From the human T2T-CHM13v2.0 reference genome, Homo sapiens: DNA of 64,000 bases. The position numbers and the translations under genes were made by a program. The stretch lies in NCBI RefSeq assembly GCF_009914755.1, contig NC_060936.1. The stretch is one strand, 5' to 3'. The notes under the pieces were generated by a model. The model saw only the letters and a list, made by a program, of their open reading frames with translations. It was not told the DNA's origin and searched no databases. Below are positions 13,759-25,500 of this stretch, piece after piece; the first letter of the stretch is position 1, and each line of letters starts with the position of its first letter.

Positions 13759-13972
13759 TTTTTTTTTTTGGCAGGGTCTCAGTCTGTTGCCCAGGCTGGA
13801 GCTGGGACTACAGGTGCACATCAACATGCCTGGCTAATTAAAAAAATTTTTTTGTAGGGATATGATCTTGCTATATTTTTCAGGCTGATCTTGAACTCCT
13901 GGGCTCAAGTGATCCTCCTGCCTCAGCCTCCCAAAGCACTGGGATTACAGGCGTGCGTTAGCATGCCTGGCC
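13759..13972 (-). mobile_element. AluJ with internal deletion in right monomer
   Basis: cccaggctgga joined directly to gctgggactacagg. Confidence 0.85.
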
Positions 13973-14047
13973 TTTCTTTACATTTGAACACAGGGTTGTT
14001 TGACATGATGGAGTCGTCTTACATGGTGAGGGTGGACATTCTACATC

Positions 14048-14847
14048 GGTCCCAGTTTTGGTCCAAGCTCCTTGCACCCCTCACTGCACTCCCTCCTTCC
14101 CAGCCCCATCCTGGGTGAGGCTGCCCCTCCCCCCTCCCCTGGCCACTTACCTGGGTCACTGCTCTCATAGGTGAGTGGTGCAGATGCTAGTGATGGGAAG
14201 AAAAGGGGAAAAGATTAAGGATTTTGGTCTTTCCTTGTGGGTCAACTGGGCTATAGGGAGAGATCTCACACTCACATCCCCAGCTCCTGCTGGGCTCCTC
14301 TGAGAATAGATCTGGGAGAGAAGTGAACCAGGTGGTAAGGACATCAACAGAGGCTGGATCCACAAGGTCTTAGTCTTTCATTTTGGTGAAATATTGAAGG
14401 TTTGCTGAGAGAGAGAGAAGGAAGCAGATAAACTGCTGTGGATCTCTGTCTGCATTAGAGCAGTGTATGAAGGCACTAAAACAACACGCACATGCACACA
14501 CACTTGCATACACACACGTGTGCAAGTATGCGTGCACGCGCACACACACACACGCACTTATTTTTCTCTACTGGATTGTAAACTCCAGATACTCCATATA
14601 CATATCTGATCATATGTCTCTTATAGGGACAGCACCATAAAATATTTGAAATGAAAATGGCCCCAGAGGATGGGGGATGTGTGGCTGCTTTTCAGACTGA
14701 CCAGAAACATATTCTAGAAAAGTTTTCCCCTGTAGGCAATATTTTCTTATGTCTTCCCACCTGTGACTACCATCTCCTTCCTCTCCATCACCACTTATAC
14801 AAGGGTGAAGCCATCAGTGTTCAGCTGGTTTACATGCTCCTCCCCCC
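14048..14847. repeat. Local duplication copy B (14048-14477 inverted to A; 14330-14847 direct to C)
   Basis: Direct alignment to 12520-12960 (reverse complement) and to 18804-19245. Confidence 0.9.
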
Positions 14848-14851
14848 ATAG

Positions 14852-14852
<1 letters not shown>

Positions 14853-14889
<37 letters not shown>

Positions 14890-15170
14890 TTCCACTCTAC
14901 ATGCATGCACGCACATATGCACTCATACAAAGGAACACACACAGACACAGACCATACACAAGTCACCTGGACACATGCAGCCAAACACTTGTAAACACAG
15001 AGTCGAGGTACACAAAGACACAGGCTACCCATACAGGCCTATATATACACAAGTGCTACAAGCAGTGGCCACACTCAACACACACACACACACGCACACA
15101 CTACAAGTAATCTTCACGTGATTAATCACTCCTTCTTGTGTGTGTGCGTGTGCGTGTGTGCCTGTGTGCG
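14853..15170. repeat. (CA)n-rich then (TG)n microsatellite region
   Basis: (CA)n at 14853-14886 and 15078-15100; TG-rich 15137-15170. Confidence 0.85.
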
Positions 15171-15420
15171 TCCCAGCATCCCCCTGGAAGGCACACGCCG
15201 GCCGGCCACCACTTGAATTAGCACCAAAGGATTATGGGACCCTGGGCCATTAATCTAGGTGACAAACAGGACTCAGAAGGCATATTTGCACCCCAAAATT
15301 GAAAAGATTAGGCCATATTTGTCAAGGATTGGTAGGGCTTTATCGCCTCCATGGCAGATGCTGTTAAATATTCATGAGCTGCATAAGTGGGAGAAACCCT
15401 AGCTAGACCGGACGACTTTC
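15105..15420. promoter_or_regulatory. Candidate enhancer-like unique block
   Basis: tcacgtga E-box overlapping palindrome gtgattaatcac; several TAAT cores and atttgca; inference only. Confidence 0.35.
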
Positions 15421-15929
15421 AGCTGTAGAGGGAGAGGAGGGGGATATTTATCTGAACTCGGCAAGGGATGAAAGGTATGGGATCATGTACCCTCAGTCGC
15501 TGGGCACAACACGCCACTGTTGGGGGAGGGGCTCGGGCGGGGCCTCCTGGGCTTCTTTGTGAGGAAGAGGAGGAGGCTTTGGGCTGGGCCAGACCGGGGA
15601 GGGGTGATGGTGGGGGAGGCAGGAGATTGTTCCTCCCTGGACTCTTATATTGCTGTGTCGTGGGTAATTGCTTACTTGGCTGCTGCCCCCTAGTAGATGG
15701 GGAGCTCCCCAAGGGGTGCACCTGTGACTTCCACAGCTCCCTACTTCCCCAGTGTCCAGCCCCATGCTCAGTGCATACTCAGCAGGCATTTAAAGGTGGA
15801 GAAAAATACCTTTTATCTGGAAAGTGCCCCATCAAAGAAGGAGGTATAGGGGGTCTCACCTCTCATCCCAGGGCTGTTTCTGAGATTGTCCTGGAAGCCA
15901 GTCTTGGCATATGGGTGCACTACCGGGAT

Positions 15930-16150
15930 TAAGAAAGGGAATGTGGAGTCAGACACCCCCAGGCACAATCCCTGGATCCATCACTTCTTAGTTTTCGGAG
16001 CTTGAACAAGTCACTTAATGCCCCCATGCCTCCACTTCATCTGGAAAATGGATTTGATAACAATAGCACTGACCTCCTTAGGCTATTGGAGGATTAAATC
16101 AAGCTATGAGTGTCTGGCATATAGCAAGTGCTCAATAAATGGCAGCCAAT
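15930..16150 (+). mobile_element. MIR
   Basis: tggagtcagac...aagtcacttaa...catatagcaagtgctcaataaat. Confidence 0.8.
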
Positions 16151-16279
16151 ATTGTAGGAAGACTGTGATTTACAGAAGGGTCATTCTGTGCCAGTCACCA
16201 TGCTCAGTTGGTACAAGCTCAACAGGGAACCTGGGTAATAGGCAAAAATTAGATGGTGCAACTATGCTGCCTAATTAGG

Positions 16280-16440
16280 TAGATAATAGCATTTAATTTA
16301 AAGTTAAATTAATTAAAATTAAAAATTCATTCCTCAGTCATACTAGCCACATTCCAAGTGCTCAAGAGCCATGGTGGCTACCATATTGGATAGCACAGGT
16401 TCAGAACACTTCCACCATTGCAGAAGGTTTCATGGACAAC
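16280..16440. mobile_element. MER3/MER33-like hAT relic
   Basis: ctcagtcatactagccacattccaagtgctcaa...ctaccatattggatagcacag. Confidence 0.7.
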
Positions 16441-16807
16441 ATGGCATGTAATCTTCTCCAGCTCAGAAGAGTGGAGATTCTAGTGAACTGCTTGACCCAG
16501 TTTTGCTGGACTTAATTTGAACCTTGGAGGATAAATATGTCAAATATGTTTGGCAAATTCTGGGTCAAAGAGTAATTGATCCGTGGGTCCTGGCTGTTGT
16601 GAACAGAATATATAGAATTCCACCTGTGATTGGCCACAGAGCATTTCCCCAGCTCAGAGCATGTCCTGGGAGGAGAGTTCCCTAAAATGCACTTTGGGAA
16701 ACATAGTGATAACACTAATTTCCAGGAAGGTGTTCTGGGCTGACTGTAACTAAAAATAGGCAACAGTTTCCAGGAGCATTTATACTTGCATATTTCATTA
16801 TAATTAG

Positions 16808-16808
<1 letters not shown>

Positions 16809-16859
<51 letters not shown>
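16809..16859. repeat. (TG)n microsatellite, about 25 units
   Basis: Pure TG run. Confidence 0.97.
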
Positions 16860-16861
<2 letters not shown>

Positions 16862-16991
16862 CAGTCTTCCCTGCTGTCATGAGCTCTTCAAGGGCTCTAA
16901 GTTTTCTCTACATTCCACCAGCACAGTGTCAGGCACACAGAATATCATTCATTCATTCATTCATTCATTCAATGAACGTCTATCGAGCACT

Positions 16992-17340
16992 TACAGCAGA
17001 CACTGTCAGGGTCTTTGCTTCTACTTGGGGAAGGAGGTTTACTCTTTGCCCAAGGACTTTCTTTTTGGTGATGGGAGCAGGCTGGCTGGGCAAACAGCTT
17101 CAGCCAATGGCAGACCAATGCTCAGCCTTTCTCAACCTGGAGGCAGGGAATAACTCTGAGCTGCGTGTTCTCTGTCTGTCTCTCTGAGCTTTCTGGTGGG
17201 GTTAAGCTTCAGATGTCCAAGGTGGAAACTGGCTCTGTAACATCCCTTTTATTAGCGTCTTCTCTTCCTCCTTAACTCTCCACCCCCATTTCAGTTGGGA
17301 TCACCTCCCAGATAAACCACTAGCATTTCAACATTCCCCA
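16992..17340 (+). mobile_element. LTR16-family ERVL solo LTR
   Basis: cagccaatggcagac...gggatcacctcccagataaaccactagcatttcaa. Confidence 0.65.
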
Positions 17341-18369
17341 CAAAGGGATGTCAACCAAGACAGGCATGTACCATGCATTTCCATCACCCTAAAACCAAGC
17401 CCTGATACATCTACTCAGACCCTTTAACATTTCACTGTTTTCTATCAGATCAAGTCCGGGCACCTTAGCAAGGATCTTCAAACACCTGTCTGGTGGCATC
17501 TCTCATATACCCATGCTCTAGCTGAACTGAATATTCACTGTCTCTGAAGCATGCCCTCCAGCCTAGCAGGCCATCGGCCAAATATCCCTGCCTGCCAAAC
17601 TGCTGTCCATTGTTGACGCCAGCCTCCAAGGTGGCTTGTGGCTTGTGGTTCTTGCCATGTTCTTCCCTGGACAGTAGATATTGATAAACACCCAAACACA
17701 TGTGCGCATCTGGCCCTCAAAGACCGAGACTCAAGTCTCCACCTTCTGCTAAACTCAATTCCCAGCACTCTTGTAGTTCTTTAAGGAATGTTTGTTAAAT
17801 GTGGGATTTCTTCTGCAAAATGGGGGATCAGGGCTTCAGGAAAAGTGCAGGGCGGGGAATGTGGGGTCTCTGGGGTTTAATGGGGCTATGATTTCGCTCA
17901 GATAGGAGACTGCTGCGGTTTAATGATGAGTCCATTACATTGTGGGTGTGGTAGGGAGTGCAGAGCAAAGCTCTCTGCTGAGAATTCCAGGAAGTAGACC
18001 AAGATCAGAGCAGAAGAGGTAGAGGTGAGACCCAGGGAAGCTTTCCCCAAAGCAAAGGTTTTGAATGGGAGAGATGTCCTGGGGCCACTTTCCTCAGATA
18101 CTTTAAATGACAGGATATGCTACATGTAACCTGGATGCATAACATTTTTGGGATCATCGTTCCCAAAGGCATGGGGACCCAATAGTAATCCCCGAGGACA
18201 AATCTGAACATGCCAGTCACATATAAATGACCAGAAGTGATTGTACCGATGAAATAGGAAAGAGGAAAAACCTCGGTCAAGCCTCTAGGGGTTGGTCAGT
18301 GCAATGTCAAGCCATTGGACCTCAGGAACATCTAGATTTAAGACTGGGGTTTGGCCAGGTCCCTTGTGA

Positions 18370-18575
18370 CTGAACCCCAGTTCTGCATTCTTCCAGCTAT
18401 GTGACCTGTGCGAAGTTACCTCACCTCTCTGGGCCTCTGTTTTCTCATCTGCAAAAAATGGATAATAGTAGTACCTCCCTCATAGGGGTATTGTAAAGAT
18501 TAACTGAATGAATCCGCATAAAAACAGAGCAATGCTTGGCACATTTCAGTAAGTGTTAACGATTATCATTATTTT
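18370..18575 (+). mobile_element. MIR
   Basis: cctctctgggcctctgttttctcatctgcaaaaaatggataatagtagtacc. Confidence 0.85.
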
Positions 18576-18599
18576 CTGGATATTTAATAGAAATGATTA

Positions 18600-18755
18600 T
18601 GATTACTCTCATTTAATCCTCTAATTTAACTCATTGGGGGTAGGCAAGATTATCCTATTTTACAGATGAAAAAAACTGAGACTTGTAGAGGTTTAAAATC
18701 CTTGCCCAAGGTCACACAGTGGGAAATTTGAAGTACTGGCTTCAAACCTGCTGCA
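18600..18755 (-). mobile_element. MIR
   Basis: cctattttacagatgaaaaaaactgag...cttgcccaaggtcacacag. Confidence 0.85.
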
Positions 18756-18803
18756 AAACCCCTGTTCTTTCTTAGCTTGAGGCTTGGGGGTAGGAGAGAG
18801 GGA

Positions 18804-19245
18804 AGGTGGTAAGAATACCAACAGAGGCCAGATCCACATGGTCTCAGCCCAGCCTTTGGTGATATATGAAAAGTTTGTTGAGAGAGATATAGGCAAAGCA
18901 GATAACCCACTGTAGACCTGTCGTCACTAGAGCAGAACCAATGTACGAAAACCCCACCCCCATTTTATCTCCTCTGTTGGAATGTGAGTTCCAGATATTC
19001 CGTATACATTCAGTCATATGAGTCTTATAGGGACTGCAACACGGAACATTGGAAACCAAAATGGCCCCAGATGATATGGGATGTGTAGTTGCTTTTCAGA
19101 CCGACCACAAGTCCAGAGGAATTTTTCCATATAGACAACATTTTTTGTCCTTCCCACCTGTGAATACCATTATTCCCTCCCCATCACCACCTATACAAAG
19201 GGGAAAAATCGAATTAAATATTTAACTGGTTTACACCCCCTCCCC
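18804..19245 (+). repeat. Local duplication copy C (older, diverged copy of 14330-14847)
   Basis: Shared blocks caacagaggc..gatccaca, aaaatggccccaga, tgcttttcagac.gacca, cttcccacctgtga, ctggtttaca. Confidence 0.85.
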
Positions 19246-20164
19246 TGCCTTAGATACCCACAGGAAGGAAAGAAATGGGGGTCTAGAAGAAGAGAAGGAG
19301 GAGGCAAAGCTGATGACTGTCCCCAACCCTCAAGCCATGGGGCCCCAACCGCTGGCCCATCAAAGTCCAGTCCTGCCCCCACCCTGAGGTTTGTGGGAGA
19401 GAAAAAGGAGCTTGTGGAAAGAAAGGCAATGCGGTGTGGCGGAGATGTGTATTCTTCCCGGTGACACAGTGAGCTGTCTCGCCGGCAAAATGTCCCTTGA
19501 TCTATTTCCCCTGGTAGTGATTTCAACAACAACAATAACAGAAATCCATCATTTCCTTAGCGGGGAATGGAGGGCGCTGGGGGTTTGTTTTTCTTCTGGT
19601 GTGGACAGAAAGCTCTTTATTCTCTCCTTGTTTGGAAAGACTTCCTGCCAGAGGAGCCCAGCCCCAGCTCCAGGAGGGGAAGCTGTGCAAAAGACTAGGG
19701 TGAAGAGATGGGTGGGGCGGATAAAGCCCAAGCTGGGCCTCTGACCTTCAGCCAGGAAATTCCTCAGTTTTCTCCTCTCCCAAATGCGGAGAACCACTCA
19801 GCAAAGGGAGAAGGAGGCAGACAGCAACAGGCAGCCTAGGGCATCGAAGATGATGGGCCAACTGTTACCAGTAATGAAAATAATAATGAAAGGAAGCATG
19901 TGGCATGCCCAAGCATCGCGCTTGGACATCGTAATGACAGATTTCACGATCTGGGCACTCGCCTTGTGCCAGATGTTTTTGCATTCACGATCTTTTGGAT
20001 CTTCCAGTTAATCCTGCAGAGCAGGTTCCTCCCTCCACATCCATTTTCCATATAATGAAATGGAGGTCCAGAGAAGGTAGGTAACTTGTCCAAGATCACA
20101 CAGCATCACATGATATTGTCACAATGTAAATGCATGTGTCTTTAAGTCTAGGCCTTGTGCCCAT

Positions 20165-20640
20165 ATTCACTCAAACTGTGGTCCCTGGACCAGCAGTATT
20201 GGCATCACCTGGAAACCTATATCTCACTCCAGACCTACTGAATTCTATATATATATATTTTTTTTTGAGACAGAGTCTTGCTCTGTCATCCAGGCTGGAG
20301 TGCAGTGGTGCGAACTTGGCTCACTGCAACCTCCGCCTCCCGGGTTCAAGCGATTCTTCTTTCTCGGCATCCTGAGTAGCAGGGACTACAGGCACATGCC
20401 ATCACACCCGGCTAATTTTTGTATTTTTAGTGGAGACAGGGTTTCACCATATTGGCCAGGTTAGTCTTGAACTCCTGACCTCGTGATCCACCTGCCTTGG
20501 CCTCCCAAAGTGCTGGGATTACAGGCGTGAGCCACCGAGCCTGGCCCAGACCTACTGAATTCTAAACTCTGGGGCCGGGGCCCAGCACTCTGTGTTTTAG
20601 CAACCATCCCCTTCAGTTGACGAGCAAGCACCACCAAGCT
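20165..20640. mobile_element. MER5A hAT relic split by Alu
   Basis: tgtggtccctggaccagcagtattggcatcacctgg; cagacctactgaat. Confidence 0.75.
20248..20546 (-). mobile_element. AluS
   Basis: 18-bp TSD cagacctactgaattcta at 20230-20247 and 20547-20564. Confidence 0.96.
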
Positions 20641-20927
20641 TGGGAGCTCCTGAACCGAGCTAGCCTGCATGTGGTGAAACATCGTGCCTCTCTGTTCCTG
20701 TTGTTGCTATTATTCGTACATGCTGATTCCATCCAGCTCACGAAACTCACAGCCAACAAGTAAAGTGCAACCAGCCATCACTGCTTTCTGTGGGCTCACA
20801 TTTCTATTCTATCCAGATGAAAAGAAGATGTTCTTGCAGAGAGTGGTTGATGTGGTGGGTACAGCCCTGGAGCAGGAGGTGGGAAGGGCTCAGGGGCTGG
20901 TGCAGGCTTCACTGCTTGCTAGTTAGG

Positions 20928-21331
20928 CATCTTAGGGCAGGTTCCCCCGAAACAGACCCGGAAATGGAGACGTGCACGCAGGTGGTTTCCCGGGGCGTGC
21001 TCTTACAACAAATGCCTGCGAGGAATTAGGACGGCAGGAGGGGGCCAAGAAGGAAGTTGGGCTGGGATGCAGCTGCAATGGGGAGCTCTGGAGCTGGGGT
21101 GATCTTTCAGAGATGCCCCAAATTGAGGTGAAGGGGGCTGAGTCTTCACACCCCTGCATCAACTGTACCCATGCCTATCACTGGATATGGGCGCCTCTGG
21201 TAAGGTGCCTTCCTTCAGCCCAGGGCGGTTCCTGAGGAGGGCTGACAGCGTAGAACCATCAGAAGCCACCACTGCATCATCTGTGGAATGAGGGCCTGGG
21301 GTCTGGGTGGCACACCACAGCACCCACTACA
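20928..21331 (-). mobile_element. LTR16C-like solo LTR
   Basis: ggggagctctggagctgggg...gggtggcacaccacagcacccactaca. Confidence 0.7.
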
Positions 21332-21449
21332 CCAGGCATAGGCCTTCTTCTCAGTCTCTTCGTCTGTAAAATGGGAATGATGGCACATTTCTTCTCAGCC
21401 TACCATTTAGAGTATTTTGATCAAATGACATGACGATGACATGATTGTA

Positions 21450-21680
21450 GTGACTCCTGTTTATTGACAGTGTGCTACATGCCAGGCTGTGCTAAGGACT
21501 TCCTTGGCAATTGTATCTTGGCTTCATTCCGACCTTGTGAGGTGGGGGCTATGGTGATCCCTATCTTATTGAGGACAAACGCAGGCTCAGAGAGGGGAAG
21601 TAATTTACCTGAGGTCTCTCAGCTGCTAAGGGAGTGCAGCTGGCCTTCAGAGTCCCCCTCCTTAACCACTCCTTAACCTC
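21450..21680 (-). mobile_element. MIR
   Basis: tttattgacagtgtgctacatgccagg...aggctcagagaggggaagtaatttacc. Confidence 0.7.
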
Positions 21681-22345
21681 CTTAACCACTGCACTATCCT
21701 ACCCCACCCCAGTGTAGGTGATCTGCATTCAGACTGTGGGGCTATGCAGGCATAAGACATAGGATTTCTCACCTCCCTTTGGGAATGAATGAATAATTTG
21801 GGGATGGCATGTGTACATATGTGTGCACACGTGTACTCATGCTGTCTGATGAACCTAGTTACCACTCTTGAGGATGACCGGGGACCCCCGGTGTTAACAA
21901 TGGGGAAACTGAGGCACCCTTTTGAAGAGCCTCAGCCAAGAAAAGAAGCCATACTCTGGATTCCCAGCCCAAGGTCATTTCCAGGGGCCCTGGTATCACA
22001 GGAGTCTGCAAAGTGGAGCTGGAAAAGGCCAGCATGGAGCTGAGCGACCTGCAGGTGATAGTCTGAATGAGGACCTAAAGCTAGGATCCACTTGCAGACT
22101 CAGCCTAGGGGCATGCAGGCTGGCCATCAAGACCAGGCATGCCCAGCCCCCTAAGTCTAGTTTCTATCCACTGCCCTCCAGTGGCCCGGCCTTCTGGTCA
22201 GCAGTTGCCTTTGGCCATCCCTTGGCTGGGGAATATCAAGGGGAAAATTCTCTTTGTTCTCTAAATACAATCCCATGTAATTAAGCAAAAGAGAGTTGCT
22301 AGGGCTGCTAGGTGGAAAAAAAATTCAAGAATTAAGAAAACCCTT

Positions 22346-22623
<278 letters not shown>

Positions 22624-22638
22624 AAGAAATCCCTAGAC

Positions 22639-22855
22639 CAGGGGTTAGCAAATTAACCCCTGAGGGCCAAATCCAGCTCACACCCTGTTTTTGTAAATAA
22701 AGTCTTATTGGAACACCGTGATGCCCATTTTTGAAAACATACTGTGTTTCACGTTACAACGACAGTGTTGAATAGTTGCAATGGAGAGTATGAGGTCTGC
22801 AAAACCCAGAATATTTTGCTGTCTGGCACTTTGCAGAAAAACTTTGCCAGCCGCA
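22639..22855 (+). mobile_element. MER58A hAT-Charlie
   Basis: caggggttagcaaa...gggccaaatccagc...tttttgtaaataaagtcttattggaacac. Confidence 0.8.
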
Positions 22856-23221
22856 TTCTAGATAGGAAGCTCCATGAGGGTAGGGGCTGAGATTGAGGCT
22901 TGAGTTTGGCTGAAGCCAGGAACAAGGGGCTGGAACAGGCTGGGGGACCTGGGAGCCTGGGAAGAAAGCCTAGCCCTTGCCTGCGGGTGGGTCTTTGCCC
23001 AACCCAGACCCTCAGGGTCTGTGCCTTCTCCCCACCCTCCTTCCCCAGTGGCTGATTTGCTCACCACTATGTTCCTAGGGTCTAGAGCAGGGCCTGCTGA
23101 TAGTTTCCAGAGGATACCGTACATCTTGAATAAATGAATGTGTGTTTGATTCCCCAACTCACTCTTGGACCTCAGCTAAGTCTTGCCCTCTCCGGCCTCA
23201 GTTTTCACACCTATGGAATAA

Positions 23222-23548
<327 letters not shown>

Positions 23549-24158
23549 TCAAGGTCTCTTTTTCAAATCCTGTGTCTATGAATCCTCTAAGGGTTTTTCC
23601 TCTTTTAGGGGAGGTGGAGGAGGGTCTCAGGGCTCAGAGTCTGATTAGGAGTAGAGAGGAGCTGGAGGCATGGTGCCCACTGCTAGGAGGGCCCTGGAGA
23701 GAAGAAAGATGAGAAGGTACTGAGGACATGGAGTCAAGAGGGGCGTCTGGGGGCGGCGGAGGGGAGAGGACAAAGGGGAAGATTCCAAGCAGGGAGGCAG
23801 ATGGGAAGGAGTGGCCCCCGGCGGGATGGAGGAGGCCGGCTGGCCACAATCACGGGCCCAGCAGTCGAGCGTGAGGCCACAAGCTTTCCGCAGAGAATGA
23901 GGCTGGGGAGCTAATGAGCTCGGGAGGTGCAAAGGATGCCGTCCTGCTAATTCCTGCTCTCTGGGAGCAGCCGGAGAAGGCAGAGAGGGCCGGGGCCCAG
24001 GCTGGGCAGCTGGGCCCCCACTCAGGGGCTCGGCCAGCTGGTCAGCTGCCGGCTGGGGCTTCATGCCAGGCCCAAGGATGCCCCGGCCAGCCTGCTGGTC
24101 CACCTTGTGCCCTGCTGCCTCAGGCCTCGGGCAGGGGAAGGAAGGGTCATCCTATGGC

Positions 24159-24257
24159 TTGGTCCCTAGAGCAAATGTTGTGACAGCCGTGTGCTCACCT
24201 GGCTGGTGAATCAGCCCAATGGCTTCCATGAGCTCAGGCTCAGACAACTGACTGCAT
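24159..24257 (+). repeat. 99-bp direct duplicate, copy 1
   Basis: 93/99 identical to 27464-27562. Confidence 0.95.
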
Positions 24258-24417
24258 TTCCAGGTTTCAAAAATATTCAGCTCTTCAAAATTGCTGATAA
24301 TCATAAGCACCAACATGATGATAAGAACAGCAATGGTGATAACAAGAGCTTCCTGTTACCCAGCACCTGCTAGAATCTCACAGAGCCCGGTGAGGTGCAC
24401 AGGGGTTATTATTACAG

Positions 24418-24600
24418 TGAGGGTTTTCTGTCCTCAGTACTTTGACATTTTGGGCCATGTAATTCTCTTTTGTAGGGGCTGTCCTGTGCGCTGTGGGATG
24501 TTTATCAGCGCCCTTGGCTTCTACTCACTAGATGCGAGTAGCACCCGGTGGTAACAACAAAAATATCTTCAGAGATTGCTCAATATCACCTCCAGGGTGG
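24418..24600 (-). mobile_element. MER20
   Basis: ggggctgtcctgtgcgctgtgggatgttt...ctactcactagatgcgagtagcac. Confidence 0.75.
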
Positions 24601-24839
24601 GCAGGGGGGCGGGGGGTGGGTGGGAAATACTGATTATATCTTATTTTACGGCCTCACCATTCTGAGGCTCAGAAAGGTGAATACTGTGTATCTTGTAGGA
24701 CTGAGTCTCAAACTTCTCTCTTCAGCCTTCTCCCTCATCTCCACCAGCGATTAGGTTTGTTACATTTATTTTTCAGATATGGAGTTATGGATCTTTTTCT
24801 ATGCATGTATTTACAAAATTGGGATCATACCGAATATGC

Positions 24840-25133
24840 TTTTTTTTTTTTCTTGAGATGGAGTCTCACTCTGTCACCCAGGCTGGAGTGCAGTGGCACG
24901 ATCTTGGCTTACTGCAACCTCCGCCTCCTGGGTTCAAACAATTCTCTGCCTCAGCCTGCCGAGTAGCTGGGATTACAGGCGCTCACCACCACGTCTGGCT
25001 AATTTTTGTATTTTTAGTAGAGATGGGGTTGTACCATATTGGCCAGGCTGGTCTTGAACTCCTGAACTGGTGATCCACCTGCATCGGCCTCCCAGAGTGC
25101 TGGGATTACAGGCGTGAGCCACCGTGCCTGGCC
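24840..25133 (-). mobile_element. AluS
   Basis: Full reverse Alu; flanking aat(a/g)tgcttttt. Confidence 0.95.
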
Positions 25134-25500
25134 CAAATGTGCTTTTTTATAACTTGATTTCCTCCTTTAAAAACCTAGTACATATGTGTTTGGGTGAAAA
25201 GTTGCTTATCAGTACATACAGCATGACACCCTTTGTATCAACACACACACACCACACATACATATTTGTATATGCATAAAGACTATCTGGAAACATGCAC
25301 ACAAAATTGAGGTCAGCAATTTCCCTTGGGAAGTTGGATTGGGGCAAAATGGGAGTAGAGAATAGAAAACTCTGTTTCCATTACACATTTCTGAGTTTTT
25401 GACCTTTTACATCAATCAGGTATTTCTTTTTAATTTTAAAAACCAATGAATCAGCACAAACATTCCTTTTTGACAGTTCATTGATAACTACAACACAAAT

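Noticed and set aside
15683-15697. CTCF-like motif (reverse tctactagggggcag)
   Set aside because: A highly conserved core C is replaced by T; a single imperfect motif is insufficient.
18370-18755. Tail-to-tail inverted MIR pairs (also ~6330-6680, 21340-21680, 34010-34320, 55960-56400)
   Set aside because: Common arrangement; the copies are too diverged for stable pairing.
12499-18896. Recurrent MWIWPLL... peptides suggesting a small gene family
   Set aside because: They reflect DNA-level duplication. Frames, starts and stops are not conserved across the three copies.
21660-21692. Short tandem slippage repeats (ccttaacc x3; also 13718-13737 and 37681-37698)
   Set aside because: Ordinary micro-duplications; not CRISPR-like, no spacers.
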